This document shows, piece by piece, positions 36,746 to 50,395 of a stretch of DNA of 64,000 bases. Origin of the DNA: Chiloscyllium plagiosum (lineage: Eukaryota); contig NC_057753.1 in NCBI RefSeq assembly GCF_004010195.1, positions 10,354,445-10,418,444 of the forward strand, given 5' to 3'. The translations under genes were made by a program, and so were the position numbers. Under the pieces are notes generated by a model. It was not told the origin of the DNA. It saw nothing but the letters and a program-made list of their open reading frames with translations, and searched no databases. Positions within the stretch are counted from its first letter, which is position 1, and each line of letters begins with the position of its first letter.

Positions 36746-38484
36746 AGGAGCGAAGGCCCAGTGCCATTATTGACTGGACTATCAACCCAGTTCTGGGGAG
36801 ACTCTGGTTCGAATCCCACCATGGCAGATGACTGAATTGGGATTCGGGCAGAAATCTGGAGTCAGAATCGAACAATGAAACCATTTTTGGTGTTGGGGTG
36901 GGAGAAAACCCTACCTGATTCACTCCTGCCCTTTTGTGGAAAGGAAACTGCCGTTGTGGGAAAGGATTTACTCAGCCATCCCAGCTGTATCCTTTACCTG
37001 GTCTGGCCTACACGTGATTCCAGACCCACAACAGTGTGGTTGTCTCTACACTGTGCTCCTCTTCCCTCCCCCACTCCCCACCCTGGCAGTTGAGTGGAAG
37101 AAACTTGGAGACAGGGTGTGGATCTAACTTGCTAAGTGAGGTAATACTTCCTATGGATTAAGGATGTACTAAGGATCCAATTAAAAGGGGACAACTCTGT
37201 GCTGACCAATAATGAAAAAAGGTTTGGTGGCGGGGGAGGGGGTCGCACTGGTTGTTGGTAAGGGGACTGTGTGTGCTCAACTTTTGGTTGTTTAAAAGAT
37301 ATCAACTATTTTTTTCTATGCCTTTTTCCTTGGTGGGGGAGATCTGAAGCTGTAACAACGTTGGGTCACAATAAAGGTTACCTGAACTTAGCGCTATGTT
37401 CAGACTCTCATTGAAAGCTTTGAGCTCCAAGAGGTTTTTGTTTTAAAGCTGCTCATTTCTTTCGGTCTTCGGCACTAAGTTTCCAATGTTATGTATCAGA
37501 TGGAGCAGTGAATAAGTAGCTGGTATTATTAGAACTTGTAAATTTTTTCAGGAGAGCAGGTACTGCGTCATTTCATTGGCATTGTAAAGTTTACTGGTAG
37601 CAGTAAGTGTATTCACTAGAAACAATGTTGGACTGGGGTGGGCAAAGTTAAAAACCACACATCAGGTTATAATCCAACAGGTTTATTTGGAATCATTACC
37701 TTTTTGGAGCACCACTCCTTCATCAGGTGTTTGTTCAGAATAAGGTTATTCTCACAGAATTTATAGCCAAAGGTGTCCAGTGTCATGGAGATGTGATTCA
37801 GTAAACAAATTTAGATCAAATCTTTCATCTTTTAGAATGAGTTTCTGTTATTTGGTAGATTAATCCCAGAACTACTTGTAATTTAAATGCAAAGCTTTTC
37901 TAACAGGAATGTCATTCTGACTGGACATTGGGACCCAGACAGAATTCACACCTATTGTTAGAAAAGCTCTGCATTTAAATTACATTCTGAATTGGTTGAT
38001 CTGCAACATTGAGAATAGCTACAATGATAGAGACATTGTTAAAGTCTGAAAGCATCGTTAAAGTTTAAAAGAGCTTTTGAAATCTTTCTGAAACTTGTAT
38101 TGAAATCTGCGCAGTTAGGCCACAACTCAGGACAGGCTGTAAGGGATGAATGGCCTTTTCCTAGTCTTGTGAAATTGGTTCCATCTATGTAGAAATAGAG
38201 CGAAGGAGTTGTAGAGTCCAGGCCAACCAGAGATCCTAAATTAATCTAGTGACCCATTTGCCAGCACTTGGCCCTCTTAATCCTTCCTGTTCATGTTTCC
38301 ATTTAGATGCATTTTAAATGTTGTAATTGTACCAGTCTCTGCCTCTTCCTTCGGCAGCTCATTCTATACACGTACCATCATATGTGTGAAAAGGTTGCCC
38401 CTTATGTCCCTCATAAATCTTTCTCCTCTCACCCTAAACCTATGCCCTCTAGTTCTGGACTCCCCCTCACCCCACCTTGGAGAT

Positions 38485-39085
38485 AAGACATACAAAAGTT
38501 GAGCAGCCAGACAAAATGCAAAAGGAATAAAATGTCGAGCTGCAGGAGCAATACAAAATTGCGACTCTACCCTTTTTAACTCCTTTTGGCATTTGGACAC
38601 TTAAAATCTGTCAGTGACACCATCCCCACAGGGTATACTGCACATGCTCCTCGGTGTCAACAAGCACTGCGCATAATTGCCCGTGTCAGCAAAAGACTGC
38701 GCATACTCGTTGCCCGCAGAAGAGGTGGGCGATTTTCTTCTGATGGACCAATAGGAACTCCTGGAGGACCACAAGGAGGATTGGTCCTCCTGCCAATCAG
38801 AGGCCCCCTATTGACTGAATGTGGAAGTTGGACCATGAGCTTCAGAACCTGCTGCTGTTGCTCCTCTCTCTGAAAGAAGATTGAACTTTAGCCCAGTCTG
38901 CAACTTCCTTCCTCTGTCCAACATCTGAGAGTACGGCACTCTTCTTGCCCCTTTTTCCATTTATTTTTCATTTTGGGGTTTAATTATTGACTTGCAGTAA
39001 CTGAAAGGAGAGGGAGTGAATCCGGGGCGAGGGGATGGGAGGACAGACTGGAAAAGTTTGTCCAGCTCTGTGTTTCCATTGGCAA
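38485..39085 (+). promoter_or_regulatory. ZNF promoter/exon-1 module, copy M6 (donor mutated)
   Basis: TGCGCATA twice, two CCAAT boxes, GTGGAAGT. Confidence 0.55.
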
Positions 39086-39239
39086 AATAGACAGGCTGGA
39101 GGTTGGAAGAACACAGTGAGCCAGGCAGTCTTAGGAGGTGGAGAAGTTGACGTTTTGGCTCTAAGCTGCCTTCAGGACTGGGAGTTGGTGCAGGGGGAGC
39201 TGCAGAACAAGGGTGTGATGGGGGCAGGATGGTGATTAG

Positions 39240-39545
39240 GTTAGATTAGATTACATTACAGTGTGGAAACAGGCCCTTCGGCCCAACAAGTCCAAACCGA
39301 CCCGCCGAAGCGCAACACACCCAGACCTTCACCTTCACCTAACACTACGGGCAATTTAGCATGGCCACTTCACCTGACCTGCACATCTTTGGACTGTGGG
39401 AGGAAACTGGAGCACCCAGAGGAAACCCACGCAGACACGGGGAGAACGTGCAAACTCCACACAGTCAGTCGCCTGAGGCGGGAATTGAACCCGGGTCTCC
39501 GGCACTGAGGCAGCAGTGCTAACCACTGTGCCACCGTCCCGCCCA
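39240..39545 (-). mobile_element. HE1-type V-SINE, nested in a Penelope fragment (~39086-40040)
   Basis: A/B boxes, (TCTAA)n tail. Confidence 0.9.
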
Positions 39546-41589
39546 CTAAGTGGGGATTGGTGAAGACAGGTAGACTGTATGACCTAATATAGCTTTTAGC
39601 TTTGACAGTTAGATTAGAAATGTCAGCTCTTTTCTCTCCTTACAGATGCTGCCAGACCTGCTGAGGTTTTCCAACATTTCTCTTTTGGTAGACAGTATGA
39701 CCTGGTTGGTCAATGGGAGGAATGAATCTGGTTGGTGGCAGGGGGAGTGGAAGGGAAGGGGAGGGGCCGTGACAGGAGGTTACTTGAAATTGGAGAACTC
39801 AATGTTGAGTCCTCTGGGCTGTAGGCTACCCAGGCGGAATAGGTGTTATTCCTCCAATTTGTGGTTTGGTTTGTTGTGGCAATGGAGGAGGCCAAAGATG
39901 GTCATGTTAGAAAGGGAGTGGGAAGGAGAATTAAAATGGGTGGTGACTGGGAGGTCTGGTTGGCCTCTGCGGACCCAGCTGCAAGGCTTGGCAAACCGTT
40001 ACCCAAGTTTACGCTCAGTCTGACGGAGGTAGAGGAGACCACAATTGGCAAACACATGGCCTTTGCTTAAGTATAGCCTTTGTTGTGAAAGAAGAAGCAG
40101 AAAGGGGTTGCATTGTTTCTACGGTAATATATTGGAATGTGGAGAAAGTGAGAACTGCAGATGCTGGAGATCAGAGTCGAAAAGTGTGGCACTGGAAAAG
40201 TGCAGCAGGTCAGGCAGTATTCGAGGAGCAGGATAGTTGACGTTTAAGTTAAGAGCCCTTCATCAGGAATGATGTATGGATGTACAAAGGGCCCTCAATG
40301 TCCTTCTACATGAGTCAATGCCAGTTTCAGACCTGTGCAGCAAGCAATCAGCATGTAAAGTGGTATAAAGGGTATTGGCAAGAGGAATTGAGTTCAGAAG
40401 TGGGGATGTCTTCCTGCAGTTAAGGTGTCATTGAATATATTCAAGGCTGAGGTCATCAGATTTTTGAACAACAAAGAAGTGGATGTTTATGGGAGAAGGA
40501 AACAAAATGCTTTTAAGACTGTTATAGAGTCATACAGCTCAGAAACAGACCTGTCAGTCCAACTTGTCCATGCTGACCATATTCAAAAACCAAACTAGTC
40601 CCACCTAGTTTGGCCTATATCCCTCCAAACCTTTCCTATTCATGTACTTATCCAAGTGTATTTTAAACATTCTAACTGTACGTGCATTCTCCACTTCCTC
40701 TGGACATTTTTTCCACCCACACACCACTCTCCAAAAAAGAAGCCCCTCATATTTTTTTAAATCTTTCTCCTCTCATGTTAAGAATTGGCTCCCTAATCTT
40801 GAAACCCCCAGCCAAAGGAAACAGCACCTGCTATTCACCTCACCTATACCCCTCATGATTTTGTAAACCTCTAAGGTCACCTCAGTCTCCTATGCTCCAG
40901 TGAAAAACGTCCTAGCCTAGCCATCTAAATGTTGGTATATTTGTATCCAGTTATTGATGCGTTCAATGCTGGTGCAGGCTGGAAATACTGAATGGCCTAC
41001 TCCTGCTCCCAATTCTCACATTCTGTGTCCAGGACAGCAAGAGACCATAAAACATAGGAGCAAAAATTGGGCCATTCAGCCCATCAGGTCCGCTCATACC
41101 ATTCAAATGTGGCTGATACATTTCTCAACCCCATTCTCCTGCTTTCTCCCTATAACCCTCAATCCATTTGATACTCCAGAATTGTCTCCCTCAGTCTGAA
41201 ATATTGTCAGTGATCTGGCCTCCACAGCTTTCTGTGGCAATGAATTTCATCGATTTCCCCACTCTCTGGCTGAAGATGTTTCTCCTTAGTTCCATTTTAA
41301 CAGGTATTCACTTCACTCTAAGGCTGTGCCCTCGGTACCTAGTCTCTCCTACCAGTGGAGATATCTTCCCAACGTTCAGGCTGTCCAGGCTGTTCAGTAT
41401 TCTGTGTGTTTCAATTAGATTTCCCCCTGAGTGTGGGCCTGTTAATCAGCATGAACCAGACCCTTCAGGATGAGGTACAGTAGGGTTTAGGTTCAGCAAA
41501 GTGAGAATTGGGGAAGTGTGTGGGAGGGAGATTATCAGTTTCTAGAAAAGTGAGAAAAAGGAGAGTTCACTATAAATTAGAATTTATCA

Positions 41590-42360
41590 GCTGGCCAATA
41601 GGCTGGGAAGTGCCAGATGGAATTTAACTCAGAAATTTGTGCTGTTGCATTTTAGACAAGCAATCCAGGCAGGACTTGCTCAGTTAAGGCAAGTGTTGCA
41701 GAACAAAGACATCTTGGAGTGCAGGTTCATAGTTACTTGAAAGTGGAGTCTCTGGTAGACTAGTGAAGAAAGCATTTGGTATGCTTTTCCTTTTTGGTAA
41801 GAGCATTGAGTATAGGAGTTGACAGGTCATGTTGCGGTTATGTCACTTTTGGAATACAGCATTCAGTTCTGGTCTGCCTGATATAGGAAAGATGTTGTGG
41901 AGCTTTGAAAGGGGTTGGAAAAGATTTCCAAGGCTATTGCCAGAGTTGGAGGTTTTGAACTACATTGAGCGGCTGAATAGGCCAGTGAAGTTTTCCCTGG
42001 AGCATCGGAGGCTGAGGGGTGACGTTAAAGAAGTTTATAATGAGCATTAATCTTTTCCCTAGGGTAGGGGAGTCCAGAACTAGAGGGCATATGTTTGAGG
42101 TCAGAGGGAAATGATTTAAAAGGGACCTGAGGGGCAAATATTTTGAGCAGAGTGGTGCATGTATGGAACAAGCTGCCAGAGGAAGTGGTGGAGGCAGGTA
42201 CAATTACAACATTTAAAAGACATCTGGATATGTACATGAATAGGAAGGGTTTAGAGGAATATAGGCCATATGCTGGCAAATGGGACTGGATTGATTTCGG
42301 ATATCTGATCGATATGGACGAGTTGGGCTCAAGGGTCTGTTTGCATGCTGTTTGACTCTA
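41590..42360 (+). mobile_element. CR1 LINE fragment shared by the duplicated units
   Basis: RVVHVWNKLPEEVVEAGTITTFKRHLDMYMNRKGLEEY; paralogous to 24555-25442, 46500-47281 and 52990-53640. Confidence 0.85.
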
Positions 42361-45071
42361 TCATCTTCGGTGAAAGCAAAGTGTGGTTGTGAAGACTGGA
42401 TTTATAGAGCAGCTTTCAAAGGTGGTTTGCCCTTACTAGGAGCAGAAGACGTTACAGTGAAATATTTCATTTGTGAGACAGCAACTGAGTCAGTGATTAC
42501 ATCTGGGATTTTGGTGGAAAGTGGGAATTCATACCCTATTCAGTCATTTCTGCTGGCAGATGAGACTAGGTTTCCAGCATCTGCAGTCATTGTTTTTACC
42601 TAGTCGATTTTAACCCTACTGTGAATCCTCTTGCAAGGATGCCTGCCTTGAAGGAGTTTTCCTCCTCGCTCTCTACAAGAATCTCGGAGTCCATCTCCCA
42701 CTGCAACTCTATGCTACTTTCTCCCCACCTCCACCCTCTCCACCCTGCAGGCATTCTGCCTCTATTCCCGATGAAGGGCTTTTGCCCAAAACATCCATTT
42801 TATTTTTGTTTTTGTTTTTTTTTCCCCTGCTCCTCGGATGCTGCCTGAACTGCTGTGCTTTTCCAGCACCACTCTAATCTAGAATCTGGTTTCCAGCATC
42901 TGCAGTCATTGTTTTTACCTTCAAAATTAGGGGGAGTAGATTTAGGACAGAGATGAGGAGGATCTCTCTCTGTGAGAATCTCTGCCCAAAAAAGCAGTAG
43001 AGGCAGCTTCATTGAGTACATGCACGACACAGTTGCATGGGTTTTTGCGTGGTAAGGGAACTAAGGGTAGTTGGGATAACGGTGGGAGGAGGAGCTGGGA
43101 CAATGGATAGATCAGCTATGATCTAAATGAATGGTGGAGCAGGCTGGGTGGGCCAAATTGCTTTCTCCTGCTTCTATTACTATGAAACTATAACCCTGCA
43201 TTTCCCATTGGCTAATCCACCTAACCTGCACATCCCTGGACACTATGTGCAAATTAGCATGGCCAATCCAAATCAAGGCCGGTGAGTCATGTAGGGATGT
43301 GGAAAATGAAAATCAGAGAATGATAGAAAGGGACAAGGAGAGTAAATGTATCAGCAATAAAAACTGGATTCTGAAGATCACAAAAATTGAAACTAAAAAG
43401 GGTGTCTGAATGTGTGCCACATTGTAACAAAAGTGAATGAATTGACTGCGCACATTGAATAAAATAAGTACAATCTGAGACTCCTTACAAAGACATGGCT
43501 TCAGGATGACAATGATTGGATCCTGAATATCGAGGGGCTAGTCAAATGGGAAGCTAGGTAAACGTAGAGGGTTGGCACTGCTAATCAAAGCACTGATCAC
43601 AGGGTAGTGTGGTGTCAGCTCGGATTTCAGGTTCTAATTTCTCTGTCCTCTGTTGAACTCCCTGTTCCCAGAATAAGATGTCGGTCTATTCTCAGCTTTG
43701 TTGGATTTCTGCTGCTGCGCAGACACCTTCTGGAGAATAAAACATTGTTAATCAAGACCCAACCCACGATCTCCCAGCCTGTCAACCGATCAGACACAGT
43801 GTAGTTATAGCAGGGAATCAAACAAGAAAAATGAAACCAAATTAAAAATAAATAGATGCTTGTACTTAATCTCTGTTCATTTGGAAGTAAACCAGAAATG
43901 GGGGTCTCCCAGGATTCTTATAGTTCCCTACTTGAGGAATTCTCTCTCCCTTGGAGTAATAGAGGTGTACAGCATGGAAACAGACCCTTCGGTCCAGGCC
44001 GACCAGATATCCCAACCCAATCTAGTCCCACCTGCCAGCACCCAGCCCATATCCCTCCAAACCCTTCCTATTCATATNNNNNNNNNNNNNNNNNNNNNNN
44101 NNNNNNNNNNNNNNNNNNNNNNNNNNNNNNNNNNNNNNNNNNNNNNNNNNNNNNNNNNNNNNNNNNNNNNNNNNNNNNNNNNNNNNNNNNNNNNNNNNNN
44201 NNNNNNNNNNNNNNNNNNNNNNNNNNNNNNNNNNNNNNNNNNNNNNNNNNNNNNNNNNNNNNNNNNNNNNNNNNNNNNNNNNNNNNNNNNNNNNNNNNNN
44301 NNNNNNNNNNNNNNNNNNNNNNNNNNNNNNNNNNNNNNNNNNNNNNNNNNNNNNNNNNNNNNNNNNNNNNNNNNNNNNNNNNNNNNNNNNNNNNNNNNNN
44401 NNNNNNNNNNNNNNNNNNNNNNNNNNNNNNNNNNNNNNNNNNNNNNNNNNNNNNNNNNNNNNNNNNNNNNNNNNNNNNNNNNNNNNNNNNNNNNNNNNNN
44501 NNNNNNNNNNNNNNNNNNNNNNNNNNNNNNNNNNNNNNNNNNNNNNNNNNNNNNNNNNNNNNNNNNNNNNNNNNNNNNNNNNNNNNNNNNNNNNNNNNNN
44601 NNNNNNNNNNNNNNNNNNNNNNNNNNNNNNNNNNNNNNNNNNNNNNNNNNNNNNNNNNNNNNNNNNNNNNNNNNNNNNNNNNNNNNNNNNNNNNNNNNNN
44701 NNNNNNNNNNNNNNNNNNNNNNNNNNNNNNNNNNNNNNNNNNNNNNNNNNNNNNNNNNNNNNNNNNNNNNNNNNNNNNNNNNNNNNNNNNNNNNNNNNNN
44801 NNNNNNNNNNNNNNNNNNNNNNNNNNNNNNNNNNNNNNNNNNNNNNNNNNNNNNNNNNNNNNNNNNNNNNNNNNNNNNNNNNNNNNNNNNNNNNNNNNNN
44901 NNNNNNNNNNNNNNNNNNNNNNNNNNNNNNNNNNNNNNNNNNNNNNNNNNNNNNNNNNNNNNNNNNNNNNNNNNNNNNNNNNNNNNNNNNNNNNNNNNNN
45001 NNNNNNNNNNNNNNNNNNNNNNNNNNNNNNNNNNNNNNNNNNNNNNNNNNNNNNNNNNNNNNNNNNNNNNN

Positions 45072-48000
45072 NGGGAGGGGGAGGGGAGGATATTTGAAAT
45101 TGTGGGGACCTCAATGTTGAGTCCTCCGGGCTGTAGGCTGCCCAGGTGGAAGATGAGGTGTTGTTCCTCCAATTTTTGTTTTGGTTCATTGTGGCAATGG
45201 AGGAGGCCAAAGATGGTCATGTCAGAAAGGGAGTGAAAAGGGAATTAAAATGGGTGATGACTGGGAGGCCTGGTTGGCCTCTGTGGACTCAGCTGTGATG
45301 CTCAGCGAACCGTTCTCCAAGTTTACGCTTGGTTTCCCCAATGTAGAGATGACCATAATTGGCAAACGCATGCCAAGTGCAGTACCACAATGTGAAGTCA
45401 TAGCCTTTTGTGTGAAAACAAACAGAACGGAAGTCTATTGTTTAAATGGTGATATATTTGGCTGTAGAGAAAGTGAGAACTGGAGATCAGGATCATAAAG
45501 TGTGGTGCTGGAAAAGCACAGCAGCCGAGGAGCATGAGCCCTTCAGGAATGATATGTAGATGTACAAAGGGGCCTCAGCAGCCTTCTACACAGTTAATGC
45601 CAGTTGTCAGACAGTTGCAGCAAGCAATCTGCAAGGCAAGTTGTATATTAGCAAGAGGAATTGAGTTCAGAAGTGTGGTTATCTTCCTGCAGTTACGGGG
45701 GGTAATTGAATAATATTCAAGGCTGAGTTCATCTGATTTTTGAATAACAGAGAAATGGATGGTTATTGGGGGTTGGCCAGAAAATGGTTTTTGGACCAGT
45801 ACAGAACAGTTACAGAGTCAGCCAGCACAGAAACAGACCCTTCAGTCCAACTAGTCCAAGTTGACTCTGTTCTCAAACTAAACTAGTCCCACCTGCCAGT
45901 ATTTGGCCCATTTCCTATACATGTACTTGTCCAAATGTCTTTTAAATGTTGTAACTGGACCTGCATTCACCACTTCCTCTGAACATTCATTCCATACATG
46001 AACCACTCTGTATAAATACAAATGGTCCCCTCAAGTCTTTTTAAAATCTTTCTCCACTCATGTTCAAAATTTCCTCCCTAACCTTGAAACCATCAGGGGA
46101 AACAACACCTGCAGTTCACCTCATCTATCCTCCTCATGATTTTATAAATCGCTGTAAGGTCACCTCTTAACCGCCTACGCTCCACTGAAAAAGGCCCAGC
46201 CTATCCACTTAGATATAGGTAGATTCATATCCAGTTATGATCTGTTCAATGCTGGGGCAGGTTCGAAAGATCAAATGGCCTACTCCTGCTCCCAATTCCC
46301 TCCCTCTGTGTCCAGGACAGCAAGTGACCATAAAACATAGGAGCAGAAATTAGGCTATTCAGCCCATCAGGTCTGCTCATACCACACAATTGTGGCTGAT
46401 AAGTTTCAGCAAAGTGAAAACGGAAGGAGAGAAAATGTGGGATGGAGATTTTCAGCTTCCAGGGAGTAAAAGAAGAAAGAGTTCTCTCTAAATTAAAATT
46501 GATCAGATGGGCTGAGGAGTGGCAGATGGAGTTTAATTTAGAGCAATGTCAGGTTTGCATTTTGGTCAGGACTGACACAGTTAAGGGGAGTGTTGCAGCA
46601 CAAGGAGTCCTTTAGAGTGCAGGTTCATAGTTCCTTGAAAGTGGAGTTGCAGGTGGAAACGATAATGAAGAAGGCATTTGGTATGCTTTCTTTTATTGGT
46701 CAGAGCATTGAGTGTAGGAGTTGGGACTTCATGTTGTGGCAGAATATTGGTTAGGCCACTATTGGAATACTGCGTTCTGTTCTGGTCTCCCTGATATAGG
46801 AAAGAACTTGTAAAACTTTGCAGGCGGTTGGAAAAAGATTTCCAAGGTTGTTGCCAGAGTTGGATGGTGTGAACTACAGGGAGAGGCTGAATAGGCCATG
46901 GAAACATTCCCTGAAGCATCGGAGGCTGAGGGGTAACCTTATAGCCATTTATCATGGGCATGGATAGGGTGAATACCCAAGGTCTTTTCCCCAGGTTAGT
47001 GGAGTCCAAACTAGAGGGCATATGTTTGAGGTGAGAGGGGGATGATTTACAAGGGACCTGAGGGGCAACCTTTTCACGCAGAGAGTGGTGCATGTGTGGA
47101 AAAGCTGCCAGAGGAAGTGGTGGAGGCTGGTATAATGACATTTAAAAGGCATCTAGATGGGTACGTGAATAGGAAGGGTTCAGAGAGATATGGGCCACAT
47201 GCTGGCAAATGGGACTAGATTAATTTCTGGTCGGTATGGACGAGTTGGAACGAAGGGTCTGTTTCTGTGTTGTATGACTCTAGTTGTCTTCGGTGAAAGC
47301 AGAAGAGTAGTTGTGAAGACTGGACTTTCAGCGCAGCTTTCAAAGATGTTTTGCCCTTACTGAGAGCAGAAGACATTACAATGAAATCTTGCATTTGTGA
47401 GACAGCGATTGATTGAGTGAGTACATACAGGATTTTGGTGCAAAGTGGGAATTCATTGCATGTGGGATGAACCCCTACCCTATCCAGTCATTTCTGCTGG
47501 TGGACGAGACCAGGCCTCAAGTTTAGGGGGAGTAGATTTAGGACAGAGATGAGGAGGAACTGCTCATTCTGGAGGGTAGTGAATATGTGGAACTTTCTGC
47601 CCCACGATTCAGGAGAGAGAGACAGCTTCATTAAGTATATTGAGAACACAGTTGGATGGGATTTTGCCTGCTAGGGGAGTTAAGAGTAGTTGGGACAATG
47701 CAGAGGATGAGTTGAGACAATGGATAGATCAGCCATGATCCTAATGAATGACTGAGCAGGCTCCCGCTCTTTTACACTGAAACCATAATTCTGCATTTAC
47801 CATGGCTCACCCACCTAACCTGCACATCCCTGGACACTATGGGCAATTTAACATGGCTAATCCAAGTCATGGGCAGTGAGTGGAAAGTGAACATCAGAGT
47901 GGAAAGTGTAGTGATGTGGAAAGTGAACATCAGAGAATGATAGAAAGGGACGAGAAGAGTAAATGTACCAGCACTCAAAACTGGATTCTAAAGATCACAA

Positions 48001-48770
48001 AAATTGAAACTAAAAACGGTGTCTGAACGTGTGCTGCACTGTAACAAAAGTGAATGAATTGACTGCACACACTGAAGAGAATAATTATGATCTGAGACTC
48101 GTTAGAGGTATGGCTTCAGGATTACAAGGATTGGATCCTCAATATCAAGAGGGTAGTCAAATGGGAAGCTAGGTAATTTAAGGTGAAGGGTGGAAGGTAT
48201 AGGAGGGATGTCAGGGGTAGGTTCTTTACCCAGACAGTGGGGGCATGGAATCCGCTGCCTGTGGGAGTGGCAGAGTCAGAATCATTGGTGACCTTTAAGC
48301 GGCAATTGGATAGGTACATGGATAGGTGCTCGGCACAACATCGTGGGCCGAAGGGCCTGTTCTGTGCTGTATTGTTCTATGTTCTATAGGTAAAGGTAGA
48401 GGTCTGGCACTGCTAATCAAAGCACTGATCACCTCGTAGTCTGGTGTCAGCTCATATTTCAGCTCCTGATTTCTGGGAACAGGGAGATGAACAGAGGACA
48501 AAGATGTCAGTGTGTTCTTGGCTCTGCTGGATTTCTGTTGAAGCTTTAACCCCCCCCAACTAAACCTTCCAAAACAATGAAACATTCAATCAATCACGGC
48601 CCAACCCACAGTCTCCCAGCTTGTCAACCAACCAGACATGTAGTCATAGCAGGGAATTGTCAAAAATATAGAAACAAAATTAGAAATAAATAGGTGCTTG
48701 TGCTTAATGTTTGTTCATTAGGAAGTAAACCAGAAATAGGGGTCCCCATGAACTCTTGATAGTGCCCTAC
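45072..48770 (+). repeat. Segmental duplicate of about 39760-43950 (ZNF first-intron unit)
   Basis: Same order of Penelope, CR1 and unique spacer segments. Confidence 0.8.
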
Positions 48771-49079
48771 ACAACTTCCACCTCTGCCCTGTACAGGACA
48801 ATGTTAGAGAGAATATCTGGGCAAGATGGGGTTTAGGGTTCACTCCTATGTAGAACTCCAGGGAAAGTGTAGGAAGAGGGTCGGCGGTCAGTCATTTAGA
48901 GACAGTTGTGAGTGTGTTGCTGGAAGAGCACAATTAGTCAGGCAACATTCCTGATGAAGGATTCTGGCCTGAAATGTCGATTTTCCTGCTCCTCAGATGC
49001 TGCCTGACCCACTTTTTCCAGCACTACACTCTCAACTCTGATCTCCAGCATCTGCAGACCTCTGTTTCCCATTTGGAGA

Positions 49080-49283
49080 CAGTGCCTGGGCTCTCATCGA
49101 TGTGCAGGACTGTTCTCAGCAGCATTTCAATGAGCCGAGATAGTTTTTAATTAGTGTAAACAAAAGGCGTGATCAGGGTTGAAACAGGTCTTTGATGTAA
49201 TGTTTTTATTGGGACCTCGAGATCTCCTTCGGATAATCCGATATCCAAATCTCAATTATCTGAATAATCAAGGTTCCTCTGTA
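49080..49283. mobile_element. End of a Tc1/mariner (Tigger/pogo-like) DNA transposon or MITE
   Basis: Terminus reads TA-CAGAGGAACCTTGATTATTCAG on the minus strand, a Tigger-type TIR with TA target. Confidence 0.55.
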
Positions 49284-50395
49284 TACAGCACAGAAATAGA
49301 ATTTTTCTCTTTCTCATCCATGCGTGTGCACATACACACACGTCATGAGGGTGAATTTGTATTTGCAGATACATTCTATTTTGCTCAAAAAATGCACAAT
49401 CTGTAGACAGGCAATACAGGTAATATTTTGTAAATTTCACTTTGGAAATAGAACCAGTCTGACTCAAGATTGGGATACAGAGATTCTGACCTCACACCTT
49501 TAATGCATTGTCTGAGCTGAGATGTCACCTTTTGTTATAAAACCTTAAGTTATCTCAAGGAGGTGACTTCCAAGTACTTCTGGGATTTACATATTAATGA
49601 TATCTGCAACCCATTCTAAAAGATGGAACAATCCAGGTTTGTTCAATAGATCATTTCAGTGGCAGGACACTATAATGTTTTGCAATAAATTCTGTGCCTC
49701 ATGATCTTAAACTCCACAAATACCCAATGAAGGAGCAGCGCTCTGAAAGATAGTGCTTCCAAATAAACGTGTTGGACTACAACCTGTTGTTGTGTGATGT
49801 TTAACTTTGTCCACCCTGCCCCAAATCTTATTTCGTTTGTTCTGAATGGCATCAGGGTTCTTGACTGGTTGGAATGTACTCATCTCAGCAATTGCAAAGT
49901 ATTCCATCATAACCAGCCTTGTGCAACATAGACAGTCGACAAGGGAGTCCAACGATGGGTTACTCACCACAGAACACTGACCCACTACTGTGGTTATAAG
50001 ACAAGATTTTTTTGTATGGCTGTTCGGGAGATATGGTGGTGCTAAGATAACATTTAGTGGGCTAATAATCCAGACCCTCAGGCTGACACATTGAAGGTTG
50101 GGCTAAAATCCGACCAAAACAGTTAGAAGAATTTCAATTCCATTAATAAAGTCAAATTATAGCCTCAGGAGCAGTTTAAATTATAATTTAAACAAAAATT
50201 AACAATTATGAATACTACAACTTTATTAGGGTAAAGTTAAACAAAATAGCTTAATTAATAGCAATAATTTAAGCCCTTTGAAGAGGCCGACAGGGAGCAA
50301 AGATGGGGTGGTGGGGGAGATAGATGTGAGGGAGAGACCGTCCAGTCCCGCAGAAACCAAATAAAAGCCCACATACTGTCATAACAGGCAAGGGT

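Noticed and set aside
35837..36831. Long antisense and alternate-frame ORFs over the ZNF (also 50441-51562)
   Set aside because: Expected by-product of GC-rich periodic finger codons
43856..45236. 380-458-aa ORFs (also those spanning 1213-1280, 19451-19950 and 57357-57448)
   Set aside because: Artefacts of translating through N-gaps
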